Shown here one piece after another: positions 38,462 through 46,865 of a DNA stretch of 64,000 bases. How positions within the stretch are numbered: the first letter of the stretch is position 1; each line of letters starts with the position of its first letter. The position numbers and the translations under genes were made by a program. The notes under the pieces are model-generated. The model ran no database searches and was not told the origin of the DNA. It saw nothing but the letters and a program-made list of their open reading frames with translations. This stretch comes from a virus, in IMG/VR virus record IMGVR_UViG_3300032313_000668, positions 32,001 through 96,000 of that record, one strand, 5' to 3'.

Positions 38462-38653
38462 ATGATTGACTTAGTTCAAGACCTAATGGGAGTAAGACTA
38501 AACAAGCGTGGGCGCATAGTTATCGGCACACTAATGTTCGTAGCGTTCCTAATGTTGTGGGCGTTCCTAGACAACGCAACAACTCCAGAGATGTGCAAGG
38601 TTCCAACAGAGCAGATGAGTCAGTTCTGCCTAGACCTTCTCTACCCTAACTAA
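38462..38653 (+). CDS. small membrane protein
   Basis: One TM segment; conserved leader. Confidence 0.7.
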   Translation: MIDLVQDLMGVRLNKRGRIVIGTLMFVAFLMLWAFLDNATTPEMCKVPTEQMSQFCLDLLYPN

Positions 38654-38673
38654 GAGAAACGAAAGGACACACC

Positions 38674-38934
38674 GTGAGCAACTATCCAGCAGGCGTGACA
38701 GGCAACGAGTATCAGATTGCAGGTGCAGACGCTGAATACACAGAGGAGCGCACCGTCCGTTGCGATAACGAAGAGTGCAGTCAGTTCGAGATTGAGATTG
38801 ACGCTGAGGTGGACATACAGTCTTACCGCTACGAAGAGTGGTGGTCATGGACATGTCCAGAGTGCAAGACAAGCGCAGACTACGAAGGTGCAGTTCGTGA
38901 GTTCGAGCAAGAGTATGAGCCAGATTTAGACTAA
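38674..38934 (+). CDS. acidic zinc-ribbon protein
   Basis: NYPAGV, C...C and WTCPEC. Confidence 0.7.
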   Translation: MSNYPAGVTGNEYQIAGADAEYTEERTVRCDNEECSQFEIEIDAEVDIQSYRYEEWWSWTCPECKTSADYEGAVREFEQEYEPDLD

Positions 38935-38947
38935 CCGCAGAAACGGA

Positions 38948-38984
38948 GAAACCCCCAAGGTAAAAAATACCAAGGGGGTTCCTC
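38948..38984. terminator. terminator between convergent early units
   Basis: AACCCCC...GGGGGTT hairpin. Confidence 0.6.
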
Positions 38985-38994
38985 ATTTGCAGGT

Positions 38995-39273
38995 CTAGTT
39001 CCCTGAAGACGCAGCCTTCCGAGCTGAGTTCTTCTTATCTACGGCATTGAATACCTCGTTTATTTCCTCAGTAGTCAGTTTGCCATCTTGTAGATACGCA
39101 CGACTTAGCCCCTCAACCACAGTCGCAACTCCTCCGATACCTGCCATCAAAACAGCCTGCCAGAGTTCGACGCCAGCGATTGCGCCAGCACCTACAACCG
39201 ACAGACCAGATGCTGCAAATACTGCCAAGACTCTATTGAGAATCTGAACAGTCTTTCCTTTGTTTATTGCCAT
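38995..39273 (-). CDS. holin-like membrane protein
   Basis: Two TM segments; DGKLT.EEINE.F tail. Confidence 0.6.
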   Translation of the reverse strand: MAINKGKTVQILNRVLAVFAASGLSVVGAGAIAGVELWQAVLMAGIGGVATVVEGLSRAYLQDGKLTTEEINEVFNAVDKKNSARKAASSGN

Positions 39274-39375
39274 AAGTGCCGTCCTTCCATGGTCGCACCT
39301 AAGCGTTGTGCAAGGACGCAACAACGCCCAGCACCTCTAATGGTAAGAGAGATACTGGGCGTTGATTGGTAAAAA

Positions 39376-39855
39376 CTAAGCGATGACTTCTACCGCAGTG
39401 CCTTTGAATAGGGCGACAATGACTGATTGGTCGGTGCAGTTATCTGCTTTGACTTTTGAGTCCTTGTGAAACTCGCAGAGGGCTTCAAGTGTTGAATCAC
39501 CAAAGGTTCCCCGCTTGTCTTCACCCGCAACAGAGAAACCAAGTTCAATAAGTCGAGACTGAACAGACGCAACTGAACGAGAGTTCTTTGCACGAGACCC
39601 ATGCTTCAGAGCTGAGAGCTGAACGAACACACCAGCACCTGCCAATTTTTTACCTTCAGATGCAACAGCAGGAGCTGACGCGGCAGCTTCTTTCTTCGCA
39701 ACAACTTCAGGTTCCTTGACTGGTTCTGGCTTTGCTTCTACAACTACCGCAGGGATAGTCTTTGGTTCTACGGCGAGCGCGACTGGCTCAGCCTTTACTT
39801 CTGGTCTGATGTCTTCCACGAATCCTACTTTCCTTCTGGGTATTGGTCGAGCCAC
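39376..39855 (-). CDS. peptidoglycan-binding domain protein
   Basis: LKHGS...VASVQSRL.ELGF...GTFG..T.EAL..F. Confidence 0.65.
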   Translation of the reverse strand: MARPIPRRKVGFVEDIRPEVKAEPVALAVEPKTIPAVVVEAKPEPVKEPEVVAKKEAAASAPAVASEGKKLAGAGVFVQLSALKHGSRAKNSRSVASVQSRLIELGFSVAGEDKRGTFGDSTLEALCEFHKDSKVKADNCTDQSVIVALFKGTAVEVIA

Positions 39856-40445
39856 TTGTAGTAAGAGCCAACCGTTCCACCATTGTAAGCGTTAGGGCCT
39901 ATACCCCATGCTCCAAAATCCTTACCACCATTTGACATGTGATAAGCAATCTCCGCATTGAGAACGGGGTTCCAGAGGTCAGAGTTCTGCTCCAAATCAA
40001 ACTTCTCACGGCGGTCTTCTCCAAGCCCACCAATCATGTTGATTTGGAATAGCCCGTATGAGTTGTCGCCTGTGTTTGAGTTGCCATTATGGGACTTAGG
40101 GCGTCCTGTGGACTCCTTCATCGCAATAGCCCAAGCAGACCTGAGAGCACTGCCCTCAAACCCAACGAGGCTCAGCAGTTCCTTCAGCTCAAGAGGGGTA
40201 AGTTGTTCTCTCTGATTTGCATACTTCTCGAGGGTTCGTGATGGCTTTTGCTGTCTAGCGAGTAAGTTCTCCATCTTTTTTACCTCAGCGATGGGGGAGA
40301 TACTGACCGCAGCAACTTGGTTCTTTGCTTCGAGTAGTTCTTCTGATGCTTGTGCATGTGCAACAGCAACAGTTGTAGTGCTAGCGAGCAGGAACACAGC
40401 AACCATAAGGATTACTGCATCTGTTTTTACTGTAAATGATTTCAT
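39825..40445 (-). CDS. exported lytic transglycosylase / lysozyme-like protein
   Basis: Signal/TM N-terminus; IAMKES.G and SYGLFQIN motifs. Confidence 0.85.
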   Translation of the reverse strand: MKSFTVKTDAVILMVAVFLLASTTTVAVAHAQASEELLEAKNQVAAVSISPIAEVKKMENLLARQQKPSRTLEKYANQREQLTPLELKELLSLVGFEGSALRSAWAIAMKESTGRPKSHNGNSNTGDNSYGLFQINMIGGLGEDRREKFDLEQNSDLWNPVLNAEIAYHMSNGGKDFGAWGIGPNAYNGGTVGSYYKWLDQYPEGK

Positions 40446-40569
40446 CTCGGTGCTCCTTCTTTAGGGGATAGGGCAGATTGCAGAATTACGCAACCATTGG
40501 GGCTACCGAAAGCCCACATGTCAATTTGTCTAATGCGTCGCTCATGTATAAACCTTACCAGAGGGTCAA

Positions 40570-40614
40570 AGAGACCCCCAGACCTGCTAAGCGTAGGTCT
40601 AAGGGTTCTTTTTT
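40570..40614. terminator. terminator hairpin
   Basis: ACCC..AGACCT...AGGTCT..GGGT with flanking A/T runs. Confidence 0.6.
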
Positions 40615-40619
40615 GTGAC

Positions 40620-41228
40620 TTATTTCACAAACCCAAATGCCCTTCGGCAGTCAGGTCCAAGCATGAGTTCCCGCGAGCGCGGGTCTGTCAGGTCTGCACC
40701 ACACTTGCCACAGCACTTGTAATGTTCAGCAAACATGCGTGCGTATTTGTAAGGGTCTTTCTGGACTATCCGCACAAACGCGAGGGCATCCTCAACGTCA
40801 GGTCGTACACGAGTGAACGCTCCAACTGAACCAAACAACTTGTTCATTTGCAGACGCTTCATGTATTCTTTCACCTCAAGAAATACTAGGTCGCCATGCA
40901 CAGGCTTCTTCATAAAGTCAAGCATCAACTCCGAAACAGGGATTGCATACTTGCTTTTAGGGATTGTCTGAAGTGCCTCATTTAGTTCCGCAAATAGACG
41001 CTGACGAGCTTCCTGCTCAGGGGTTAGCCCAGCAGGAGACTTTTTTACCTCGACAGCATTAGGGAACCCCAGGAACATCGAGATGTATCCTGATGCCTGC
41101 TTCTTGCTCAGAGATGCCCTCTGCTCAAGAAACACATTGAGAATAACCGCAGGGATTTCTCTTTGAACCATAAGGTCGTCAAGAAACTTCACCTGCTTCT
41201 CAGATGCAACTTCTAATACTTGTGTCAT
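40620..41228 (-). CDS. DUF6011-like zinc-finger protein
   Basis: ASEKQ N-terminus; CGKCGADLTDP.S...GPDC. Confidence 0.7.
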   Translation of the reverse strand: MTQVLEVASEKQVKFLDDLMVQREIPAVILNVFLEQRASLSKKQASGYISMFLGFPNAVEVKKSPAGLTPEQEARQRLFAELNEALQTIPKSKYAIPVSELMLDFMKKPVHGDLVFLEVKEYMKRLQMNKLFGSVGAFTRVRPDVEDALAFVRIVQKDPYKYARMFAEHYKCCGKCGADLTDPRSRELMLGPDCRRAFGFVK

Positions 41229-41257
41229 TTTCGTCCTTCCGTAATGATGTAATACAT

Positions 41258-41286
41258 AACCTACCTGACTTTTGCAGGAAAGTCAA
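41258..41286 (-). promoter_or_regulatory. early promoter with inverted spacer motif
   Basis: TTGACT-17-TAGGTT with TTCCTGCA in the spacer. Confidence 0.6.
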
Positions 41287-41289
41287 ATA

Positions 41290-41439
41290 CTACTTTTCTC
41301 TTGATGCAAGTAGAGCAGATGCCACCGACATAAAGCCAAGTGCAACCACTAACTCGCTCTCACCTAAGACCGCATAGATGACTGAGCCCACACTAGCGAG
41401 CGCAGAGATAACCGCAGTCCATACGATTCCTTTAGACAT
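41290..41439 (-). CDS. small two-TM membrane protein
   Basis: Hydrophobic ORF coupled to the HTH gene. Confidence 0.55.
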   Translation of the reverse strand: MSKGIVWTAVISALASVGSVIYAVLGESELVVALGFMSVASALLASREK

Positions 41440-41635
41440 TTTCAACAGTCCTTTGCTTGTCTGGACGAGTCCTGCCAACCAGTCTTGCACTTGGGTCACG
41501 AAGTGTTACTCCTTTCATGTTGATTGCCTTCCTTGCTGTTCTATACGCCACACCAAGTTCAGATGCAACCGTTTCGATTGCCATGCCCTTGCTGTAGAGC
41601 TCCGCAGCTTGTTCGGCTATTCGAGTGCTCTTCAT
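41432..41635 (-). CDS. helix-turn-helix DNA-binding protein
   Basis: LYSKGMAIETVASELGVAYRTARK. Confidence 0.75.
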   Translation of the reverse strand: MKSTRIAEQAAELYSKGMAIETVASELGVAYRTARKAINMKGVTLRDPSARLVGRTRPDKQRTVENV

Positions 41636-41655
41636 TTTTTACCTTTCGTCATTGT

Positions 41656-41850
41656 TTACTTCCCAAAGATGTCTGGGAAACATTTATCCATTGTGTCAAA
41701 GCAATAGCCCTGACCCTCAACCCACCAAATACGAGTTGAAACATAATACAAACCCATAAACGCAATAACCGCAAGCACAACCGCGAGCGCGAACGCCCAG
41801 CGACGGCGCAAGATGTATTTCCTGTCCATAAGCATTATGTAGTTTTTCAT
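41656..41850 (-). CDS. small membrane protein
   Basis: YILRRR followed by TM segment and YC...C. Confidence 0.65.
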   Translation of the reverse strand: MKNYIMLMDRKYILRRRWAFALAVVLAVIAFMGLYYVSTRIWWVEGQGYCFDTMDKCFPDIFGK

Positions 41851-41888
41851 TTGTTTGTTTCCTTTCGTCATTTGTGTCTCTTGGGTCA

Positions 41889-41917
41889 ATTGTTTCAACC
41901 TTCCTGACATTTGTCAA
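41889..41917 (-). promoter_or_regulatory. early promoter with TCAGGAAG motif
   Basis: TTGACA-17-AACAAT; CGACACGCCG with GACAC 17 nt upstream. Confidence 0.7.
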
Positions 41918-41921
41918 GGAA

Positions 41922-42557
41922 TTAGTTCTTCGGCGTGTCGCTTCCGTATGAGTCGCCTTGCCAAACCTTCGGGTCTTGTTCAAGTAAGAACTTCTCAAAG
42001 GACTTGTTGCATAGTGCCCACTCGCTTCGCTTCTCACGAATAAGGTCAATGGCTTCACGAGCACCCATGCCCTCACGAATAAGAACCAATGCTGTGATGA
42101 GCCCTGAACGATTCCAACCAGCCTGACAACGAATAAGAACTCGCTTGCCACGCTTCCAATCGGCATGAGCCAATCGCACAATGTCAAACAACTCTGCGGT
42201 ATTCATCTTGTTGATGTCTGAGTCCCAAACTCCATAACGGAATTCTTTTACAAACCAATCAACAGGATTAGCGTCCGCATACATTGTGATAACGGTGTCA
42301 AAGTTCTTTGGTGTAATCATTGGAACTTTTAGCTGTCTATCAACATCAAGGTCATCTGTTCCACCTTGCCAAAGTCCATTGAGCACCTCTGACCACAATG
42401 GGTCGTAGTAGCGTCGTCCAGCCTGACCGTAGTCTGGTCTCTCCAGATTTACTAAGTCTGCTTCGTCTTCGGCATTGAGGTTCTCCCATAGAACTTGCGC
42501 TGACGCAACCTCTAGGTCTTCCCACTCTTTGTCTGTCATTTCTTTCACCTTCTTCAT
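41922..42557 (-). CDS. dual-specificity / tyrosine protein phosphatase
   Basis: VLIRCQAGWNRS (CX5R) and AIDLIREKR. Confidence 0.88.
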   Translation of the reverse strand: MKKVKEMTDKEWEDLEVASAQVLWENLNAEDEADLVNLERPDYGQAGRRYYDPLWSEVLNGLWQGGTDDLDVDRQLKVPMITPKNFDTVITMYADANPVDWFVKEFRYGVWDSDINKMNTAELFDIVRLAHADWKRGKRVLIRCQAGWNRSGLITALVLIREGMGAREAIDLIREKRSEWALCNKSFEKFLLEQDPKVWQGDSYGSDTPKN

Positions 42558-42584
42558 TTCTTTCCTTTCGTCGTTGATGTATTT

Positions 42585-42614
42585 ATTATTTCATACCTCC
42601 CTGCATTTTGTCAA
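42585..42614 (-). promoter_or_regulatory. early promoter
   Basis: TTGACA-18-AATAAT with TGCAGGGAG. Confidence 0.7.
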
Positions 42615-42812
42615 GTGCAGGTGCTTGTAGTAGCCATGCTTCTTATAGAACAAAGCACGAGCCTTCTGCGCTTTACGGCGAGCAAAGAACTTACTAACCG
42701 CACGGAACAGGAAGATGAAGTCGTCAATGCTTACTTCTGTCTTCTTTCCCCTGCCCGCCTTGCTAAGACGCTTTGCTGTTCCTACTAATGCGCTATCTGG
42801 AAATCCATACAT
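42591..42812 (-). CDS. basic hypothetical protein
   Basis: Conserved leader AACGACGAAAGGA. Confidence 0.6.
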   Translation of the reverse strand: MYGFPDSALVGTAKRLSKAGRGKKTEVSIDDFIFLFRAVSKFFARRKAQKARALFYKKHGYYKHLHLTKCREV

Positions 42813-42837
42813 TGTGTGTCCTTTCGTCGTTATAGCA

Positions 42838-42867
42838 ATAATAACAGAAAGTGCAGGAAGATGTCAA
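42838..42867 (-). promoter_or_regulatory. early promoter with inverted spacer motif
   Basis: TTGACA-18-TATTAT with CTTCCTGCA; GACAC 25 nt upstream. Confidence 0.75.
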
Positions 42868-42924
42868 GTCCATTTAGGAAAGTTATTTGGAAGTGTCGGG
42901 GGGTAGCCCCCAGACATGAACGAA

Positions 42925-43488
42925 CTACCCAGACTGGGAGATTACATAGATTGGTTCGCCAGAGGAGGGGTCTAGTCGAGTCGCAACTCCAACCGCACTC
43001 TTCACGGCGCTGCGTGCTGCGCTGATGGTGCGTTTTTTACCTTCAAGGGAGGTGTGCATTGAACCAAGAGCATAACCAGCTCCAGAACCCATTGAGTAAA
43101 TGCCTGACTCGTCTGATGCCCAGTCGTAACCACCACCAATTTCATAGATGCGTCCGTGTATAACTACCAGCACGGAGGAGTCTTGTTCGCCCTTTTCCCC
43201 GTATTGAGCATCATCAAAACATTGTTTCAGAGCAGGAACGAACTTAGAAGAGATGAACTTGTCTAACTTGACGCCATACTCTGTTGCTGTTGGGACAGGA
43301 GGCTTGAAGGTATGTGCAAGTAGATTGACCGCACGCATGTCTCCCGCAGCGCCAAAGATGTATGCGCCATTTTTTACCACCTTGCCAGCATCTTTCGGCA
43401 GCACAAAGATGCGATTGTCTTCGGTAACTCGGCTGTCGTAGCCAATCACCGCCCAACCTTCGCCCTGGATAGCTGCAATCGTGGTCAA
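42925..43488 (-). CDS. proteasome beta / HslV-like Ntn hydrolase
   Basis: TTG start giving N-terminal TT; DSR, K and GSG motifs. Confidence 0.85.
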   Translation of the reverse strand: MTTIAAIQGEGWAVIGYDSRVTEDNRIFVLPKDAGKVVKNGAYIFGAAGDMRAVNLLAHTFKPPVPTATEYGVKLDKFISSKFVPALKQCFDDAQYGEKGEQDSSVLVVIHGRIYEIGGGYDWASDESGIYSMGSGAGYALGSMHTSLEGKKRTISAARSAVKSAVGVATRLDPSSGEPIYVISQSG

Positions 43489-43546
43489 GTTATTCTCTTC
43501 TCCCTGGAGCTGCTGCAACGCAGCTTGCGTATTTTTTACCTGAGCT

Positions 43547-43798
43547 TTAGTCTTCCCACAATAACTCACGCAGCGAATCTTCATGCTTATCGGCATGGTG
43601 ATGTGCGTTGTTTTTTGCAGAGATGTCTTCCTCGTCAATGAGCCTGTCAAGAGAAAGAACCGCAACGCAGCCTTCCTCCTCGAACATCACAACAAGTTTG
43701 GTTTCCCCATCATTTGGGTCGTCAATGATTGCTGCTATGAACGGCGTGGCAGAGCCATTTTGGTGGAAGGACTTATCTACGATACTTGGTCTCAACAT
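43547..43798 (-). CDS. hypothetical protein
   Basis: HQNG...PF motif; RBS GAGG. Confidence 0.6.
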   Translation of the reverse strand: MLRPSIVDKSFHQNGSATPFIAAIIDDPNDGETKLVVMFEEEGCVAVLSLDRLIDEEDISAKNNAHHHADKHEDSLRELLWED

Positions 43799-43834
43799 AG
43801 GTCTACTTTACCTCTCCTGCTAGGAGATGATTGT

Positions 43835-43866
43835 AAAAGAAAAGCCCCTCCGAAGAGGGGCGTTTC
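43835..43866. terminator. rho-independent terminator
   Basis: GCCCCTC-CGAA-GAGGGGC with A/T tails. Confidence 0.85.
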
Positions 43867-44030
43867 TATAATAGATTTCTACAAAACACCTATCCCCCGC
43901 AGGGAGTCAAGGGATAGATGCGGTGGGAGGTAGAACCCACCTCATCACGAGAGTGCGAGACTAACTCAAGCAACTGCCGTGGAACTCTAGGATAAATGAT
44001 TTTTTACCTAGTGATTCCACCGCGAGCGCG

Positions 44031-44270
44031 TTAGTCTTCCTCTTCCTCATCGTCAATGCCTATACCAATCTCATGTGATACCGCACCAACGTCCCAGCCG
44101 TAGTATTCCTTTAGCCAAACATTTGCAAGTCTTGATGCGAAGTCGTGGTCATCTTCGCCTTCCTCCCGCAACTGCTCGTCAAGAACAACTGTGGTCATCA
44201 GGGTGAAATAGTCACCAACAAAAATAACTTCCTTCGTCAGCTCTATGTGGTCAATCTCAGGCAGCGACAT
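44031..44270 (-). CDS. acidic hypothetical protein
   Basis: RBS and operon context. Confidence 0.65.
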   Translation of the reverse strand: MSLPEIDHIELTKEVIFVGDYFTLMTTVVLDEQLREEGEDDHDFASRLANVWLKEYYGWDVGAVSHEIGIGIDDEEEED

Positions 44271-44496
44271 TTTTTACCTCATCTACTATTTCGACTAATA
44301 GTTCGGCAGCATCGCTTTGCCAACCAAACTCTCCATCTTCATACTTCACAACAACATCAGCCCACTCTTCATCTGTGATGGGAGGAACATCGTTGCCTCG
44401 GTATCCATCAACACAATCCTTGTCCCAGTAAGCCACAATGAGTTCCGCGTCATCTGGATAACTTTCTAATTGCTTCTTCAGGTCTTTGACTAACAT
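44257..44496 (-). CDS. hypothetical protein
   Basis: M.VKDL...LESYP.D N-terminus. Confidence 0.7.
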   Translation of the reverse strand: MLVKDLKKQLESYPDDAELIVAYWDKDCVDGYRGNDVPPITDEEWADVVVKYEDGEFGWQSDAAELLVEIVDEVKNVAA

Positions 44497-44498
44497 TT

Positions 44499-44639
44499 TT
44501 ACCTAGCCTCCTCTGGGCAATCTGCGTATGGGTTTTCATTTCCTTCATTGTCTTCGCATGTGCAGAAACCAAACTTCTCTACCTGTGTCTTGTGGGTCAA
44601 GTCCGCAAGGTCGCTCCAATACATAACTTCTTTGCTCAT
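44499..44639 (-). CDS. small Cys-containing protein (not in track)
   Basis: MSKEVMYWSDLADLTH...FGFCTCED...PYADC; coupled to neighbours. Confidence 0.6.
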   Translation of the reverse strand: MSKEVMYWSDLADLTHKTQVEKFGFCTCEDNEGNENPYADCPEEAR

Positions 44640-44773
44640 TACTCCTCCACCTCACAATCATGTCCAGCGTGCCACTCGCTTGCTTGCTCTTCATCGAACA
44701 TGTCGAACTTGCGTCCGCACTCGATACAGATTTGATTTGACTGCTCTAGAACAATCCGCATGATGTCTTGCAT
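44639..44773 (-). CDS. small zinc-finger protein (not in track)
   Basis: CIECGRKFDM...EW..GHDCE. Confidence 0.65.
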   Translation of the reverse strand: MQDIMRIVLEQSNQICIECGRKFDMFDEEQASEWHAGHDCEVEE

Positions 44774-44775
44774 TT

Positions 44776-45027
44776 TTACTTCTCCTGCTCTGCTAGATAC
44801 TGTGCAATTTCTTCTTGGGTTGTGCCCTGTGCTTTTTGCAAGTTAGCCCATAGATTTCCAGCGGTGGCATACATGTCCATAAGTGAGAACAATTTTTCCA
44901 TGCTGTAATCTTTGTGGTTGCGGTGCTTCTCAATGTATTCGGTAAGCATTTGCATAACCGCACTTACTCCCTGTGTGGCAAGGTGTAATTCAACCCTGTC
45001 TAATTCAACTACTATCTTTTCGTCCAT
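44776..45027 (-). CDS. hypothetical protein
   Basis: Conserved leader and promoter. Confidence 0.65.
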   Translation of the reverse strand: MDEKIVVELDRVELHLATQGVSAVMQMLTEYIEKHRNHKDYSMEKLFSLMDMYATAGNLWANLQKAQGTTQEEIAQYLAEQEK

Positions 45028-45064
45028 TTTCTTCTCCCTGTCGTCGTTTTTACTTCTTGCTACT

Positions 45065-45092
45065 ATTCTACGACTTACCTGCATTTTGTCAA
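45065..45092 (-). promoter_or_regulatory. early promoter
   Basis: TTGACA-16-TAGAAT with TGCAGGTAAG; GACAC 17 nt upstream. Confidence 0.75.
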
Positions 45093-45121
45093 GCTTTTGT
45101 TTTATCGGCGTGTCGTAAAGA

Positions 45122-45158
45122 GAAACCCCCCGACTCTGGGGGAGAGTCGAGGGGCTTC
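45122..45158 (-). terminator. rho-independent terminator
   Basis: CCCC.CGACTCT...AGAGTCG.GGGG. Confidence 0.7.
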
Positions 45159-45177
45159 GGTGTGAAATAAGGGGGGC

Positions 45178-45522
45178 TTACTTCACAACCAGAACCACAT
45201 AATCTGTGGCGGTCTGAGTGGCTTCATAAGCCTCGGGGAAAGCAAGTGCTAACTTCTTTGAGTCCACGCCTGTGCGTGAACGCTTCTGGGCTTCGATACG
45301 GATTTTTCCGTCTACGATTCCAACTTCGGCGTCTCCAAGAACTTCCTTGATTTGTGCTTCAAGTTCTTTCTTGGTCTTTTCCAATTCGGTAATCATTGTG
45401 CGTGTTGCCACGAACTGGTCAATTACTGCTTGGGTGTCTGCGTTGAGTTCTACTGATGTGTTCTCAACCTTTGCGATGTTTACTACTTTTACTACTTCTA
45501 CTGCTACTGATGCCTTAGACAT
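45178..45522 (-). CDS. coiled-coil protein resembling the C-terminal part of YqaJ-family proteins
   Basis: ELEAQIKE.LGDAE.G...DSKKL...PEAY. Confidence 0.6.
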   Translation of the reverse strand: MSKASVAVEVVKVVNIAKVENTSVELNADTQAVIDQFVATRTMITELEKTKKELEAQIKEVLGDAEVGIVDGKIRIEAQKRSRTGVDSKKLALAFPEAYEATQTATDYVVLVVK

Positions 45523-45601
45523 AACTAAGACTCCTTTTCATTTTGTCATTATCCCGAACCCAATGTTGGGGACTTTTTGCTAGGTTTCCCTAACAAGAAC
45601 T

Positions 45602-45631
45602 ACATTACACGACCTCTCTGACATTTGTCAA
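45602..45631 (-). promoter_or_regulatory. early promoter
   Basis: TTGACA-18-TAATGT; GACAC 3 nt upstream; GTTATC direct repeat. Confidence 0.7.
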
Positions 45632-45850
45632 GCCGTGTCGCAACTTTTTTGATAACAGTTTGATAACGGAAATTTTCCCATTTTCGGTAAGTAAGTTGGA
45701 AATTTTCCAGCCCCCAACTTGCCAATAACTTTTACGCTACCCGAAGGGGTTGGTGGTCTGAGTCTTTTGTGCACATAGGGTTTTCGGTGGAATCCACCCA
45801 ACGACCGAAGTCGAGGTGGATTTCCCAACCGCATGATTGACATGTTGTCA

Positions 45851-46075
45851 TTAGTGAGTCCCGAACATCTCTGTCCAACACTTGGGGTGAGTTCCTGAAA
45901 GAATTTGCTCACGGAGAGCTTTATCCATCTCAGGAAAGCACTCTTGAATTGGTGCTTTGAGTTGTCTAGCAAGGAAACCAGCCGTAGGAACTTCTACTTC
46001 GCCAATGTCTCCGCACCATGAACATTTTGGTGTTGCCATCATTACAGTTTTATCGTTTAGTGAAATGCCTATCAT
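45851..46075 (-). CDS. zinc-binding hypothetical protein
   Basis: CSWCG, IQ.CFP, RE.ILSG.H..CW. Confidence 0.7.
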   Translation of the reverse strand: MIGISLNDKTVMMATPKCSWCGDIGEVEVPTAGFLARQLKAPIQECFPEMDKALREQILSGTHPKCWTEMFGTH

Positions 46076-46209
46076 TTTTCTCCCCTTATACATTTGTCGC
46101 AAGATGCGCCGTGGTTGTAGTCTCTTTCTGCAATCTGAAATGTCTCACCGCACAACCAGCAACCAATGTAAATCATTACTTGCTTGCGTGCCTTTGTCTT
46201 TGTAGCCAT
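46072..46209 (-). CDS. small zinc-ribbon protein (not in track)
   Basis: CWLCGE...CDKC; conserved leader. Confidence 0.6.
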   Translation of the reverse strand: MATKTKARKQVMIYIGCWLCGETFQIAERDYNHGASCDKCIRGEK

Positions 46210-46244
46210 TTCCTGTCCTTTCGTCGTTTTGCCTTACAAAAGAA

Positions 46245-46272
46245 ATAATACTCTTTTATGCAGAGAAGTCAA
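46245..46272 (-). promoter_or_regulatory. early promoter with inverted spacer motif
   Basis: TTGACT-16-TATTAT with TCTCTGCA. Confidence 0.6.
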
Positions 46273-46720
46273 GCGAAGACACGCCGAAGTTTTCAATTTC
46301 TTTTGCGTTCGCTATCTCCTCGTCAAGCCAAGCCATCGCAGATTGAAGAGCCTCGTTGATGTCGTGGGTCACGCAATCTAGGTGCTCACCCTGAACATAC
46401 AAATCGAACCACGGGTTGTTGATGTGTTGGAGTTCTTCCGCCTCGATGGCATCTGTGAATTTTTTATCTGTGTCGTAGCCCGCAGCAAGTAAGTCACCCC
46501 CATCGTAGATGCTGATGTCTTGCTCCCCCTTGCGATACCGCATGTCGCCATCAAGATAGATGTCCACCAAGAAGCCTTCTTTTTTTACCTCACATACGAG
46601 CGAGGTGCTGCACTTGTAGAACTCTGAAGCTGTCTGGTCGCCAGGCAGCGGGAAGCCGAAGCTCCAGGAAACATCAAAGCCTTCGGTATCAACCAGGAAC
46701 ACTATTGGTCGTATCGTCAT
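46256..46720 (-). CDS. hypothetical protein
   Basis: GDMR...NNPWFD motif; conserved leader. Confidence 0.7.
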   Translation of the reverse strand: MTIRPIVFLVDTEGFDVSWSFGFPLPGDQTASEFYKCSTSLVCEVKKEGFLVDIYLDGDMRYRKGEQDISIYDGGDLLAAGYDTDKKFTDAIEAEELQHINNPWFDLYVQGEHLDCVTHDINEALQSAMAWLDEEIANAKEIENFGVSSLDFSA

Positions 46721-46865
46721 TTTTTACCTCCGTCGTTTTGAGAAACGAAGAGCCCCGCCGTTTTCTGTGAGGGACGACGAGACTCTCCGTTTTTACCACA
46801 ACTCTCTCCGCAGGTTTGGACACACGCTGGAAGGACGCATACCCGCTTTGAGAGGTCTATTGAGT

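Noticed and set aside
40450-40560. c-di-AMP (ydaO) riboswitch before the transglycosylase
   Set aside because: Characteristic conserved segments not recognisable; kept only as an unknown structured leader
43489-43665. N-terminal extension of the proteasome-like ORF in the track
   Set aside because: Overlaps another gene; the TTG at 43488 gives the required N-terminal Thr
43900-43960. Hammerhead ribozyme (GTGATGAG plus stem on the minus strand)
   Set aside because: Core is not CUGAUGA and the GAAA after stem II is missing
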